Of a stretch of 64,000 nucleotides of DNA, positions 12,340-24,700 are shown one piece after another. The position numbers were made by a program, and so were the translations under genes. The notes under the pieces were generated by a model. That model was given only the letters and a program-made list of their open reading frames with translations. It made no database searches and had not been told where the DNA came from. The DNA comes from Leptogorgia sarmentosa (taxonomy: Eukaryota): positions 3,720,001 through 3,784,000 of the forward strand of contig OZ210885.1 in assembly GCA_964658305.1 (NCBI GenBank), read 5' to 3'. Numbering within the stretch: position 1 is the first letter of the stretch; every line of letters begins with the position of its first letter.

Positions 12340-12572
12340 TAAGATTCCCGTTTGGTTGCCATTATGTTACTATGTGGACAGAAATTTTTCATGGCATTGA
12401 TATTTATGGTTTTTAGTGGTAATTTTGATTGCCTTTCAGGATCGCTGAAGCTTTGGTGTTGTTTTGCCTTTGCCAATTTCAATTCTGGAATGTTGTTTTT
12501 CAGTTTTGAATATTTGTATATCATTACTATATATAAGTAATTAAAAACTAATTGTTATAGAGTAATATTAAT

Positions 12573-13260
12573 GCCCGCGAATGGGCATGCTATGGAAATC
12601 ATGAATTTGTGTACGTTACGTGGAAACACGCGAAGTTTTTTGGCGCCATTTTGGTGATTTCAAAATTTCAAAAATACCGACATTTGATTGGTTATTTAAA
12701 TCGCCCCAAATAATCAGCGTTCGTAGTTTTTTGTTTTTGTCGTGCATCCGCTGACCGTACTTTATTTCTATTGTGTTACAAAAAAACTCGCGAACGGGCA
12801 TGCTCTTGGAACGTGATTGCTCACATATTTGGTGATTTCAAAAATACCGACATTTGATTGGTTATTTAAATCACTCCAACCAATCAGCGTCCGAGATTTT
12901 ATGTTTTTTGTGCAGCCACTGACTGACCGGACCCGTTTCCATGTGTTGCAATCTAACCCGCGAACAGGCATGCTGTTGGAACGTGATTGGTCGCATTCAT
13001 AATTAAGAACTTGTTTAAGTTAAGTGGAAACACAGGATTATTTAAATCCCTCCAACCAATCAACGTTCGAGACTTTCTGTTCAGCGTGTAGCCGCTGACC
13101 GTACACCGCTTTTATGGTGTGCAAATTAACCCGCGAACGGGCACAGGTGACCTGGAAGGCGATTGGTCACATATTCATGTTCGTAATAAGGAATTTGCTT
13201 ATGGTAAGTGGAAACACGCAGACATTTTGGCGCCATATTTTGAATGTTATGGTGGAGTAT
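12573..13260 (+). repeat. Tandemly amplified promoter-like module (about 3 degenerate copies) upstream of ZNF copy 3
   Basis: The block gattggttatttaaatc...ccaatcagcgt...gctgaccgtac...cgcgaacgggcatg repeats at about 12686, 12856 and 13037, and is homologous to 6927-7060. Confidence 0.75.
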
Positions 13261-13378
13261 GTTGTCTCCAAGGAAGATCTTTTATACAAATGCTAAACAA
13301 AGATCCAAGGATACAGTGTGTGATAGCTTAGCCAAAGGAACAAAGGGAACAAAGATAGAGAAAACCTAAGCTCATACC

Positions 13379-14258
13379 ATGTCCGAGAAGCTGGCAAAAG
13401 TGGGGTACAGGGGTAGACACAGAAGCAGAACCTTATGAGTGTAATGTCTGCAAGAGAAGGTTCGACCAGACTAATAAGCAAGGGCGTCAATCCGCTCCAA
13501 AAAGTGGGGGGATCATAAGCGTACGGGCTACATTTTTTCATGGGGGGGGGGGGGGGGGGGCAGAAAGATCTTTGCCCGGCGAATTTTAGGGTAGCGAATG
13601 TCACGAGGCGCCACCATGGTTGGCGCCGAGGGAGAAATTTTTGAACTTTTACAACCTCTGGATTACCGGAAACGGCGATTTCAGAGTCCTAACTCCACTT
13701 TCTTGGTAAGGATTGACGCCCTTGCTAATAAGTTAGTTGCCCATAAAAGGATCCACACGGGAGAGAAGCCTTTCGAATGTGAGTTCTTAACAAAGGTTTA
13801 CTCAGTCCTGTAACCTATTGAGACACCAAGTAATCCAAACCCGATACAAGCGTTTTGAATGTGGTGTTTGCAACAAGCGATTCACGTGCCCGAGCTATTT
13901 AAGAAAACATGAAAAAACAGCATACAAGGGGGGGGGGGGCAGAATTTTGAGTGTGTTTTCTGCAAGACAGTATTCGCAGACAAGGAAAGTTTTCGAAGAT
14001 TTGAAGTTTTTCTTCAAATCGCATTTGAAGAAAGGGGAGCTTGTTGTTTGCGACACTTGTGGCAGAGAAATAAACTTGCCTGAAGAACTAAAATATATAA
14101 ACGAATGTATGGTCAATGAATGTTATGATAAATGTGACAAACAGTTCCCTAATCTTGAAAGTTTAAACCAACACAAGAGCAATGAGCATGGCATATTATA
14201 CAAATGTGATGTGTGTTAAGAATTAGAAGCAACAGAAGCAACTGGCATTGGATATATC
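13379..14258 (+). pseudogene. C2H2 zinc-finger pseudogene, copy 3
   Basis: The upstream leader is homologous to copies 1 and 2, with ATG at 13379. Finger remnants (YECNVCKRRFDQTNK/LVAHKRIHTGEKPFEC) are split by a MITE, and there are frameshifts. TAA at 14217-14219 replaces the His codon of copies 1 and 2, and homology ends near 14258. Confidence 0.85.
13479..13724. mobile_element. hAT-like MITE inserted in the first finger of ZNF copy 3
   Basis: TIRs are caagggcgtcaatcc / ggattgacgcccttg, with a perfect 8-bp TSD ctaataag. Confidence 0.92.
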
Positions 14259-15204
14259 ATGTGGATTATCCGAATAAATGGGATACAGCGACAACTATCT
14301 TAACTTTGCATGTGCAGTGTCCTCAGAGCATGCAATAGAGAGATTTAGCAAACACGACGCGACGTCAACTAGGACGTCATTCAACCGCGTGGGGTCTGAG
14401 TCTAGGACGCCACCACGTCGAAAACAAAGTTTGATTTAGCGAGCTCTTGGACGACGGTTAACTGTGAGAAAGAATTCTGATCGAATCTTTTTCTCTTTTC
14501 TATGTTTTTATAAAACTTTTTGGATAGCATGCATGGCATTATTGAATCTTCTTAAATAGAAATCTTTTGAATATTCCTATCTTGATATAATCAAATCAAG
14601 ACAAATCCTTCTCTTTATATGAGCCACTAACACGTGGGGAAAAGTACCGATTTTCAACTTTATCTTCGCTACTTCGAGACCACAGCGTTCCTTGCTTCTC
14701 AATATTGAATAACCGCGGCCTGTGAAGCTTCTTCACAACTTAATATTCCTTTGTGTTTGTGGACAATGTCGTTATGTGTTATTCATTAACAAGACAGCAC
14801 ATGGTGTTATCGGTAGGAGTAGGATCATGTTGTAATATTTCACTTTCGTCGTTTGGCATTCAAACACAGTTATTTGCACCGACATATAAACGAGCAGACA
14901 ATCTGAAACTTACAAAGCCAATAAAATTCAGTATTTAATTCCATTATTTATTTCCTCAATTATTATTAATTGTAGTTTGTTTTCTGTTTATCATTGGTTA
15001 AGGGTCTACAAATAATTTAAAGTATTTATTTAGAAGTGCCAGTTCTGTTTCCAGGCGAAGCATTGACATGCAGAGGTTATTTGACGGCGCCCGAGATATT
15101 TCAGCGGTATCTGCCGATTCTTGTAGTCGAGGGCCATTTTAAATTGTCTACGTTACGTTCGCAACGTTTTCAACGCAGAAAATTCAGAAGAAAATGGACA
15201 AAGC

Positions 15205-15720
15205 CATTTTTATTGATCAACTTCATATGATATTGAGTGAATGGCTATATTCTACCAGCTTTTCAATTCCGTTTGTGATACTGGTGCATTCGTTCATGTA
15301 ATAAAAGTCACTATTTTTCAACATTCTTCTCTGATATCAATTCGAACTGTAAATTACGTTTTTATTGATCAGTATCAAAAATTGTGACTGAGTGAATGGA
15401 TATTCTACAAACTATTCAATTCCGTTTGTGATTGGTGTCAAACACTGCTGCTATTAAATGAATTTGAATTAGGAATTCCGTTTTTGTTGATCAATTTGAT
15501 GTGATAGTGAATGAAGGCTATTTTACCAGACACTCAATTCAATCTGTGATTGTGTTGTATTTGTTAATGTAATCAGAGTTACTTTTTTTAATATTAAGAA
15601 CACGGCTGTCTAGCTGTACAGTGAATTTGACTTTGTGAATTTCGTTTTCATTCATGAATTAATTCAATTGGTGATCGTGGTGCATTTGTTTAAGGTAATA
15701 AAACTGACTACTTTTAAATA
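15205..15720. repeat. Degenerate tandem repeat (about 120-150 bp, 3-4 copies) just downstream of the HPS5 stop codon
   Basis: The block ttttattgatca...gagtgaatgg.tattctac...tcaattccgtttgtgat recurs at about 15208, 15360 and 15482. Confidence 0.6.
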
Positions 15721-15739
15721 CGAAATCTGATTTTGATAA

Positions 15740-18700
15740 TCAGGCGTGAGAAAGGCGTGCAGGCAAGCTATACACATCCTTCCAAGGTAACTGAAGTTTG
15801 CTGTGAAAACAGATCGAACAATAATTCTCTAAATTGCACTCCTTGTGATACAAATGACCTACAAAACAAAAGCAATAATAACATTATTGAGGGTGATAAA
15901 GGCGGGGTGTGAATCACGTATCTTAGCTATAGAGAAAAAAATAGTCATTTCCCCATGCACCTGCCTTAAAAATGCGATTTCACGAATCACCGAAAATTAG
16001 ATTACAACAATAATAATAAATTAATAATGATAACACGTTTATTTATTTGATCGTTAGCACGTCGATGGAGTACGTGAAATGTTACATTCAAAGCATTGCT
16101 CTGCCAGATGTCAAATCAAAATAGAAATAAGCTAGACAAAATCACAATTCACGACGAAGACGGCTTAATTCTCGTTTCACGGATCGTTTTTATCGACAAT
16201 CACGGCTCACGGCGGCAATTCAAATCACGTTTCACGACGCAAAATTCAGTCATTGCACATTTCACGACAGCAATTATTGGCCATCCACGGATCACGAAAA
16301 TATGCCTTACCACCATCATTATTGTGGGGTTGTGCTTCCGATCTACAATCTGAGTGTCAGATAGCGTGTCATAACCGATTATACTGAAGCGTATAATGAT
16401 TTTGAGGTATTGAAATAAGTCATTTTATGAAACTAAACAACCAAAACGACACTTCTATAGTAATGATATTTCAGCAGAACAAACATCACATGCCTCTAAG
16501 ACACAATCTCGTACCCTGAGCCTGCGATCTTCGTTTGGAAGAGTCGAAGGCTCTGGGATAATCCATGAATTTGGGCGAATCTGATTGGCTGTTGAGACAG
16601 AACAATATTTCGCAATAATAAAGCAACAATATAAAACAACGGTAACTCCGAAAATAAACATTTTAATATTCTAGCTTTCGACTAAGATTCAGTCATCATT
16701 AGGAACATAATTAGAACATAATTAACATATATTACCCACATAACCAGTGGGTAATATACAAACGTGTCCCTCCGATCAACGACAACAGCTTTTACTACTT
16801 CGTGTTGACAGATTTGACACCGATTGACACTCTTTCAATTTAATATCTGGCTTTCCCAGTCGCTCTAACGCTTCTTCCAAACCACAATGAAGCAAAACAA
16901 TGCTTTCCGCCGACATTTTGATAAAAATATATAGTAGAAAATCTTCGAAACTTGATTTGGAAAGAGCTAGTATAATAGTATTTACTAAAAATATAACGCA
17001 TGCGCAGTTGGGTCGAGGTACAGAAATCTGTCCTCGGCACATGGATTATCCCAGAGCCTTCGACTCTTCCAAACGAAGATCGCAGGCTCAGGGTACGAGA
17101 TTGTCTAAGACATTACAATCTCGTATAAATTGAGAAATTCGAGTTTTTCCAGGCAGAGCAGATAATCGGTGGACACTGATCGCTGACTATCATTAACCGG
17201 CAGATGACAAATCGCTTAACTGAGGTACCTCATGTTTTAATGACTTGATGTACATTCATCCTGAAACTTCGCATAAATGACGGACGATGACCCGAGTGAA
17301 TGATACAAAAAACTTTGGACAGGCCAGATTCCGGCAGCTTGTGCTCAATATAAAAATGAATCACATGCAATGAGTTTGACTACGTATAAAAATCAATGTC
17401 ATTTCACGACCCCGTGGAAATTTTACGTGACCCGAACAACGAATACTAATTCAATTTACTGATGGTTTTGGCGGGAAAAAATGGCGCGAAAAAATTAACT
17501 TGAAAAATTTGGCGGGAAAATTTGGCGCGAAAAAAAATGCGGAACCCAACGTCCCTAATATTTATAGCGGGAGACAATCAGCGAAATCAGAGCATAATAA
17601 TTTTTTAAAAATACTGTATAACATACCACATGGGAAAACAATTACGCCTTGAGAATGTCCAGGTAATTTTTCGCACAATGGCAAAGGACATAACGAACAA
17701 GACGATCTAATTAATGTAAAATATAAAAATTTAATATATATACAGGGTGTCCCCCAAAAGTATACAGATCTAACTTTGGTGTTTCAAACTCTGAAATCTC
17801 GCAATTTGTTTTGGGACAGCCTGTATCAGGGCGGATACAGGATTTTGAAAAGTGGGGTGAAATCTAGACTGTTGAACGCTTGACAAACGAACCCTCCTGA
17901 TCATCAATAAAGTTACCTGCAGTGCTCCAATATAATTTTTAGACATTTCACACACAAGAGACAACAAACATTGTATCATGAGATAGAAAAAGATTTACTT
18001 TAGCTTATAGTAAATTACATAGCAATATGCTTCTTCAAGTTTATTAACAAGAAAGGTAATGTCAGCACACTAGCGACTCTCTACTAGGACCGGTCAAGAA
18101 TTTCCTGGTTGGTGATTGGACGTGCGTACCATGCATTGCAAGTCTGAGAGTCGTGCACTGGTTCATGGTTGAGGCAGGAAAGAGGGTGTGTGTGTGTGAA
18201 ATTTCACCCCATTCACCCCCCCCCCCCATCCCCACAGTATCCGCCCCTGTGTATAGATGAGTCATGAGAAAAATTGTTTGAAAAACGTAAAAGTAATATA
18301 CTTACACAGCCAATGGCAAATCGATTCCCCAGTTACAAGCTGAAATTAGAAAAAATAAATTTTTATCACAATCTGTATAATAAACAAATTAAAGAACGCT
18401 TTTCCCTAATTACAATAGTAGGTGCTCTCATACCCGCATCTTCAAGGCTTCGAGAATACTTAAGAGGCTCCTTCCCATTGAACAATTCCTGCAAAATTGA
18501 AGGAAACAAGTTTGCATGCATGGTACACAGATTCATTGTGGGTCGGGGATGCGGAAGTCGAGGGGAACGTAAAAATAAGTGCACGCATCAAATATATATA
18601 TTAAGTGTCAAACTTTCTTTTGGGATTGTCCTGACAGTCCTGTCAAACCAAATTTTTCCTTCATTATATTTTCCAACTGGTCTCACCAACTCAGTGGGCG

Positions 18701-21700
18701 TATAGTTGCGAAAAATGTATTTCTGGTAGCTATGTATGAAACGTTCTATTCACTTGAAGGCTGCGGGTCAATATTTAGGCTCTATCCACACGTTTGCCTC
18801 CACACGTAGCGTATTCGTATTTTGCCCGTCCACACGTAAACGCAAAAACGGAGGAAATTTGATAGCGCCCGGTGTAAAGCATGCGCATTGCTCAAATTGT
18901 TCAGTAATATGAGATGTTCAAAGCGATCGCAGGCCCGACATTACGTCATCGTTTTCGAAAACCTCCGTCTTCGCCCGTCCACACGTAAACACGAAAGCGG
19001 CGTTTTCGAAAACCTCCACTCTGGAGAGCGTTTTCAAAACCTCCGTTTTCAAAAATATCCGGATTCCGGATACGTGTGGTCGAGGCATTACTCCAATCAA
19101 GTGGAACCTCTGTAGATATAGTATTGCTACGCTACAAGGAACTGTTTATTGTGGCGAGTCAAACAGAATGTTAACCAACCTCCTTGCTGCTACTCGAAAT
19201 TTCCACCTCCTTCATCTGGTAGACCTGAAGCATAATCGGATTAAACCGTTAATCACATGGAGGGCAAAATTACTAGAACCTGATTGGCTAATGAGGAGGG
19301 CATTTTTTCTTAATTCAGGGGGCAAAATTACTTGCCCTGATTGGCTAAATTTTCAGAATGTTTTTGTGTTCATTTAATTTCATGTCGGACTAATAGCTTC
19401 CTCGCAGTATTTATCGCGTGTGAAATCGACAAATTGAATCAGTTTCAAACAATTTGGTAAATATTTAAACAATTTTTTTGAATAAAGCAGTCGTTTATAT
19501 CATTTGTATATCGTTTATTTCATTTCCCAACGTTTTTAAGCGACATTAATAACTCTATATAATAGTGCCGCTCGAAGTGCCGAATCTAAAACCTAAAGTT
19601 GACATTCAACTTCTAGCGATTTATGTTTGAATAGATCTTGTCTTCAATATGATTAACATGTAATCGCATTGGGTCCTCGTAAAATTAAGGATTAATTTCA
19701 CTTGTGAAAACACGCGTGAAATAAATCTTTAATTTTACTCGGCCTCATGCGATTACCTATACTAATTTCAAAGTCAAATATAAAGCTAATAAAATGACAT
19801 ATGTACAATATCGCGCGGAAAAATCAAATGTTCCGTCTAAAATGTCATCCCTGTAAGACCCCTAGAGCCTGCTTTCCACTCACGCATTTCCCCACCGCTG
19901 GCGAAAGTTTTGCCACCAAGACAGACGGAAGTAGAAAATTTTCAACAACTATACGTGATGACTACAAGTTAGTCGAAACGTAGAATAAAGTTTTTTCAAA
20001 ATGAAAAGCCTATTTGGAGTGTCCATTGTCCTGTATATTTCATGAAAATATACGTGTAACTAATTTCTTCAATGGCGGATGAATGTAAAACTTTTTTTTG
20101 TTTATCGAATTTACGGCGAAAACGGCTTAAGCAAACTATTCACGTTGACGAAAACGTCCCCTCCTACAACAGAATGAATCTATTGTAAATTAATTAAGTA
20201 TAAAAGAAAATTAAAACCATCTATGTACAAGTCGTAAAAGTTTTATTAGCCGGCACTCAACTTCGAGTTTACAGTTTTATATAGCATTGAAAAGACTTTG
20301 TGTTTATAAATAAAATACTAAAGATAAAATAAAAAGATATTAACCTCGCCTGTTTGGTCCGTACAGAGAAACATCATACTACAATCTTTTCATACAAGGG
20401 ATCGGTGTGTACAAAAACAATTAACCTCATGCAGTCCGATATTTCTCTGCACATACCTGGCGCTCACTTAATAAGAAATTTACTTAAAACAATCATACCA
20501 CTTATCAATAATTTAGCTGCTTATTCATGTGAAGTGCTTCAATTTCTTGTGCATAAATTAAGATTGTTTTTCATTAACTAGCTAGTTTGCATTTATTTTA
20601 CACTTAACAACAATCAAGACTCCGTTTACATAGCACAGGACAAATTCAGGACCGGACTGAAATTGTCCGTTTTGGAATGCAAACTGACAAGTTCGAGACC
20701 ACTTAACCAGGCTAATTTGCGACCCCAAAACAAGCACGTCTAATTTTCTACTCAACCGGTTTCGAATCCGTTCGATATACCGTGTAAACACGGTAACCAG
20801 GCTTGTTTTTAACCTACAGCGCCGTGTACTATGCTCAATCTGTTACTTTACATGAAGTATGACCGCCTAAAATATTTTTGTAATCTACACTTGTCCGGTT
20901 CGGTGTAAAAACTCGAAACACAAAGGTCCAGAATTTGCACGGTTTCATGTAAACAGACAACAATGGATGAATTTTAGTCTGTCTTCAGTTGCGTATTTGT
21001 CCGTGTAAACGTGTAGTATTTACTCCTCATTTATAACATAACAGTCATAACTGTCCTCTTGATCTGGATAAGTGCTCATTGTTGGGCTTGTGTTGTCGTC
21101 GCAATTAGTGGATCATTTGGGGTGGGTTGTTGAGCCGGGTAAGGCTGTGCTGGGTTTGGTTGATAATCCATTGGTTGTCCTTGGTTTGAAAAGACTGTCG
21201 TTGCGGTAGGTTGCGTTACTATGACGCCGCCGGCGCCATTGGCACGACGTCTTGAAGCTAAAGCGGAACAGCAACAGCAAAACAAGAAAACTCCAAGAGC
21301 TATGCCTAAGACGACGAGAATACTAATAGCAATTACTGCGGCGATCCAACCATCCTGACCGCTATCATCGCACCTTCCACTTGGAAAACATTCTAGGTGA
21401 GAACTACAACATTCTTCTCCACTGGCGCAGTCGCTATCAACGTTACAAGACTGCCAAAGGCAGCTGTATTCGCACACACTTTCCAGGTACCTTCTCCCAC
21501 AGCAGTATTGTGAGGTAGGACAATCTTCGTGAGAATTACATTCATCATTAGCTTCCACTCGCAAAAACACGGTGTATAGAGCAAGAAATAGAACACAAAA
21601 AGCTGTCGTCTTGTTTATATACGCCATCGTTTGTTTTGCAAGGGAAATAATTTTATATTAAAACAGATTGTTGTGTTGCCACCTGTTTGGCTCATTATAT

Positions 21701-24700
21701 ATTCGTTGCATCAATTCTGATTCGCTGCCATAAGACAAGTGGTAACATGCCGAAACAAACATGAATGCTGAGGTACTTATTACATTCTTCAAGTCCGAAC
21801 AAAAATTCACGAGCTTTGCCAGATTTCTTTAGTTAGGCTGCCTCGCGGCCCATAATGAGCCATCTATTATTTGAAAATCAGGAATTTGTTATTTTGTTGA
21901 ATTTAATATTGCGGTATATCAAATGGCGGACGACGAAAGTACTAAATTCGATGGATTTCTCTGACTTTATAATACTACAGAGTAAACACGCTAAATATTC
22001 GGCAAATATTTACTCAGATTGATAACTAAGATTATATTAATTATTAAATGACTGTCTGTTTTAATATGATGTTCAACAATAATTAGCTGGGATCTCACTT
22101 CACTCAAACGGGACACCCGGTCAACCGGGATGAAATTTTCCATGTAAAGTCTCCAGCCCGGGCGGCCAGGCGCTAAAAATCTCGTAATATGCACTTGTCC
22201 GGTTCACTGCAACAAAAAGGTCCAGAATTTGCAAAGTTTCATGTAAACGAAAACGGATGAATTTTAGCCCGTCTTCAGTTGCGTCTTCGTCCGGTTCCGT
22301 GTAAACGTGTTGTCTTGAATCCTCATTTATAAAATAACTGCCCTTGTTTGACCGATCTGGTCCTCATTGTTGGGCTTGTGTTGTCGTCGCAATCAGTGGA
22401 TCATTTGGGGTGGGTTGTTGAGCCGGGTAAGGTTGGGCTGGGTTTGGTTGATAATCCATTGGTTGTCCTTGGTTTGAAATGACTGTTGTTGTGGTAGGTT
22501 GCGTTACTATGACACCGCCATGGGCACGACGTCTTGAAGCTAAACAGCAATAGCAAAAAAAGAAAACTCCAAGAGCTATGCCTATGAGGACGAGAATAGT
22601 AATAACAATTGCTGCAACGATCCAACCATCCTGATCGCTATCATCGCAATTTCCGCTTGTTTTACATTCGTCGTGAAAACTACAGCATTCTCCACGGGCG
22701 CAGTCGTTATCAACGAGACAAGATTCCCCAATGCAGCTGTATTGGCACACATTGCCGGGGTACTTTCTCCTACAGCAGGATTGTGAGGAAGGACATTCTT
22801 CGTTAGAAAAACATTCATCTCCAGCTTCCACTCGCAAAAACACGGTGTAGAGAGCAAGAAATAGAACACAAAAAGCTGTCATCTTGTTTATATACGCCAT
22901 CGTTTGTTTTGCAAGAGAAATAATTTTATATTAAAACAGATTGTTGTGTTGCCACCTGTTTGGCTCATTATATATTCGTTGCATAAATTCTGATTCGCTG
23001 CTATAAAACAAGTGGTAACTAAACACGCCGAAAAAAACAAAAAGCTATGCTAATATTTAAAACAGTTAAAAAGTTAATTAACTCCGCTTTATCTCCGCGA
23101 GTTGTTTGATTATCGTAGCACAGGATACAATTTAAGAAACTCTGATAACACTTTATTTGTGCCGAAACCGCGAATTTTGATTGATTTTTTTTATTGATTG
23201 GTCAGAGATGATTTATACTTTTAACTATTTTAATACCTATAATAAGCGACCGGTTGCCTGAATCCCATTTATATTAAACGGTGGAAATCTACGTATTTAT
23301 CGTACAATCAGAGAAAAAAATTATAATGTGAGAAAAAAAACACTCATGCATGTATACAACTACATTTTTAGTTCTAGACTCTAAAACAACTCGGCCTCGC
23401 TGTCTAATTGTGAAATAGAGCGTCTTGTTTCCTATTAAAAACAATTCAACTACACATGCAAACCGGGCTAGCCCACTTAGGTGGGATCTCATTTCACTCA
23501 AACGGGGCACTCGGTCAACCGGGATGAAATTTTTCCTTCCACTTTCTCTACGATTAGTTGTTATTAAATTGTGTAATATTACAATAGATTTAAGAGCCAC
23601 ACTCGTCGTCTTGAAACTATTTAATTTGATGCCGTGAACGTAAACGGCGTCCAATTGTTAATTAGTATAAATTGTCATTTGGGGTGGGTTGTTGAGGTGT
23701 GCCTTGAGTTGGGTATGCTTGAGGTGGGTATGCTTGAGGTGGGTATGCTTGAGCTGGATATGGTTGAGCCGGGTAAGGTTGGGCTGGGTTGGGTTGATAA
23801 TACATTGGTTGTCCTTGGTTTGAAATGACTGTCGTTGCGGTAGGTTGCGTTACTATGACACCGCCATGGGCACGACGTCTCGAAGCTGAAGCCGCACAGC
23901 AACAGCAAAACAGGAAAACTGCAAGAGGTATGCCGATGACGATGAGAATACTAATAATAATTACTGCGACGATCCAACCAGCCAGACCGCTAGTCACATA
24001 CACGCAACTTCCACTTGTTTTACATTCGTCGTCAGAACTACAGCATTCTCCACTGGCGCAGTCGCTATCAAGGAGACAAGATTCCCCAAGGCAGTCGTAT
24101 CGGCACACATTGTCTTCGGGGTACTTTCTGTCACAGCAGTATCGTGGGTAAGAACAATCTCCGTCAGAATAACATTGATCATATGCTTCCACTCGCAAAA
24201 ACACGGTGTAGAGAGCAAGAAACAGAACACAAATAGCTGTCGTTTTGTTTATACACGCCATCGTTTGTTTTGCAAGGGAAATAATTTTATATTAACAGAT
24301 TGCTGCGTTGCCAGCTGTTTGGCTCATTATATATTCTTTGCATCAATTCTGATTCGCTGTCACAGGATAAGTGGTCAGAGATAATTTAAATCTTCCAACT
24401 ATTTAATATATAATCAGCGACCGGTTGTCTGAAGTCCATTTAAATTCAAACGGTAAAAATCTACGTATTTATCGAAGAATCAAACAAAAAATTTAGATCT
24501 CTGGAGAAAAAAAAACACTTACACATGTAAACAACTACATTTTAGTTTTTAAAATTTATATGTTCCGTTATTCCCGAGATAATTGGGAGTGTAATTTAAA
24601 TTTGACGTGCCCGACTCCCAGCTGTTTTGTGGTTATCCTTATTTTTCACTGTCGTTATTTTTGTCGTTAGTTTTTATAGAGGCGGCAATTAGAATTCAGA

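Noticed and set aside
16455..16497. [13 protein letters not shown] as the final HPS5 exon
   Set aside because: The acceptor is weak and the His ligands are missing. The exon at 15740-15858 completes the RING-H2 properly.
17465..17535. Cluster of E2F-like sites (tttggcgggaaaa / tggcgcgaaaa)
   Set aside because: It is intronic and embedded in repeat-like sequence, with no evidence of a promoter.
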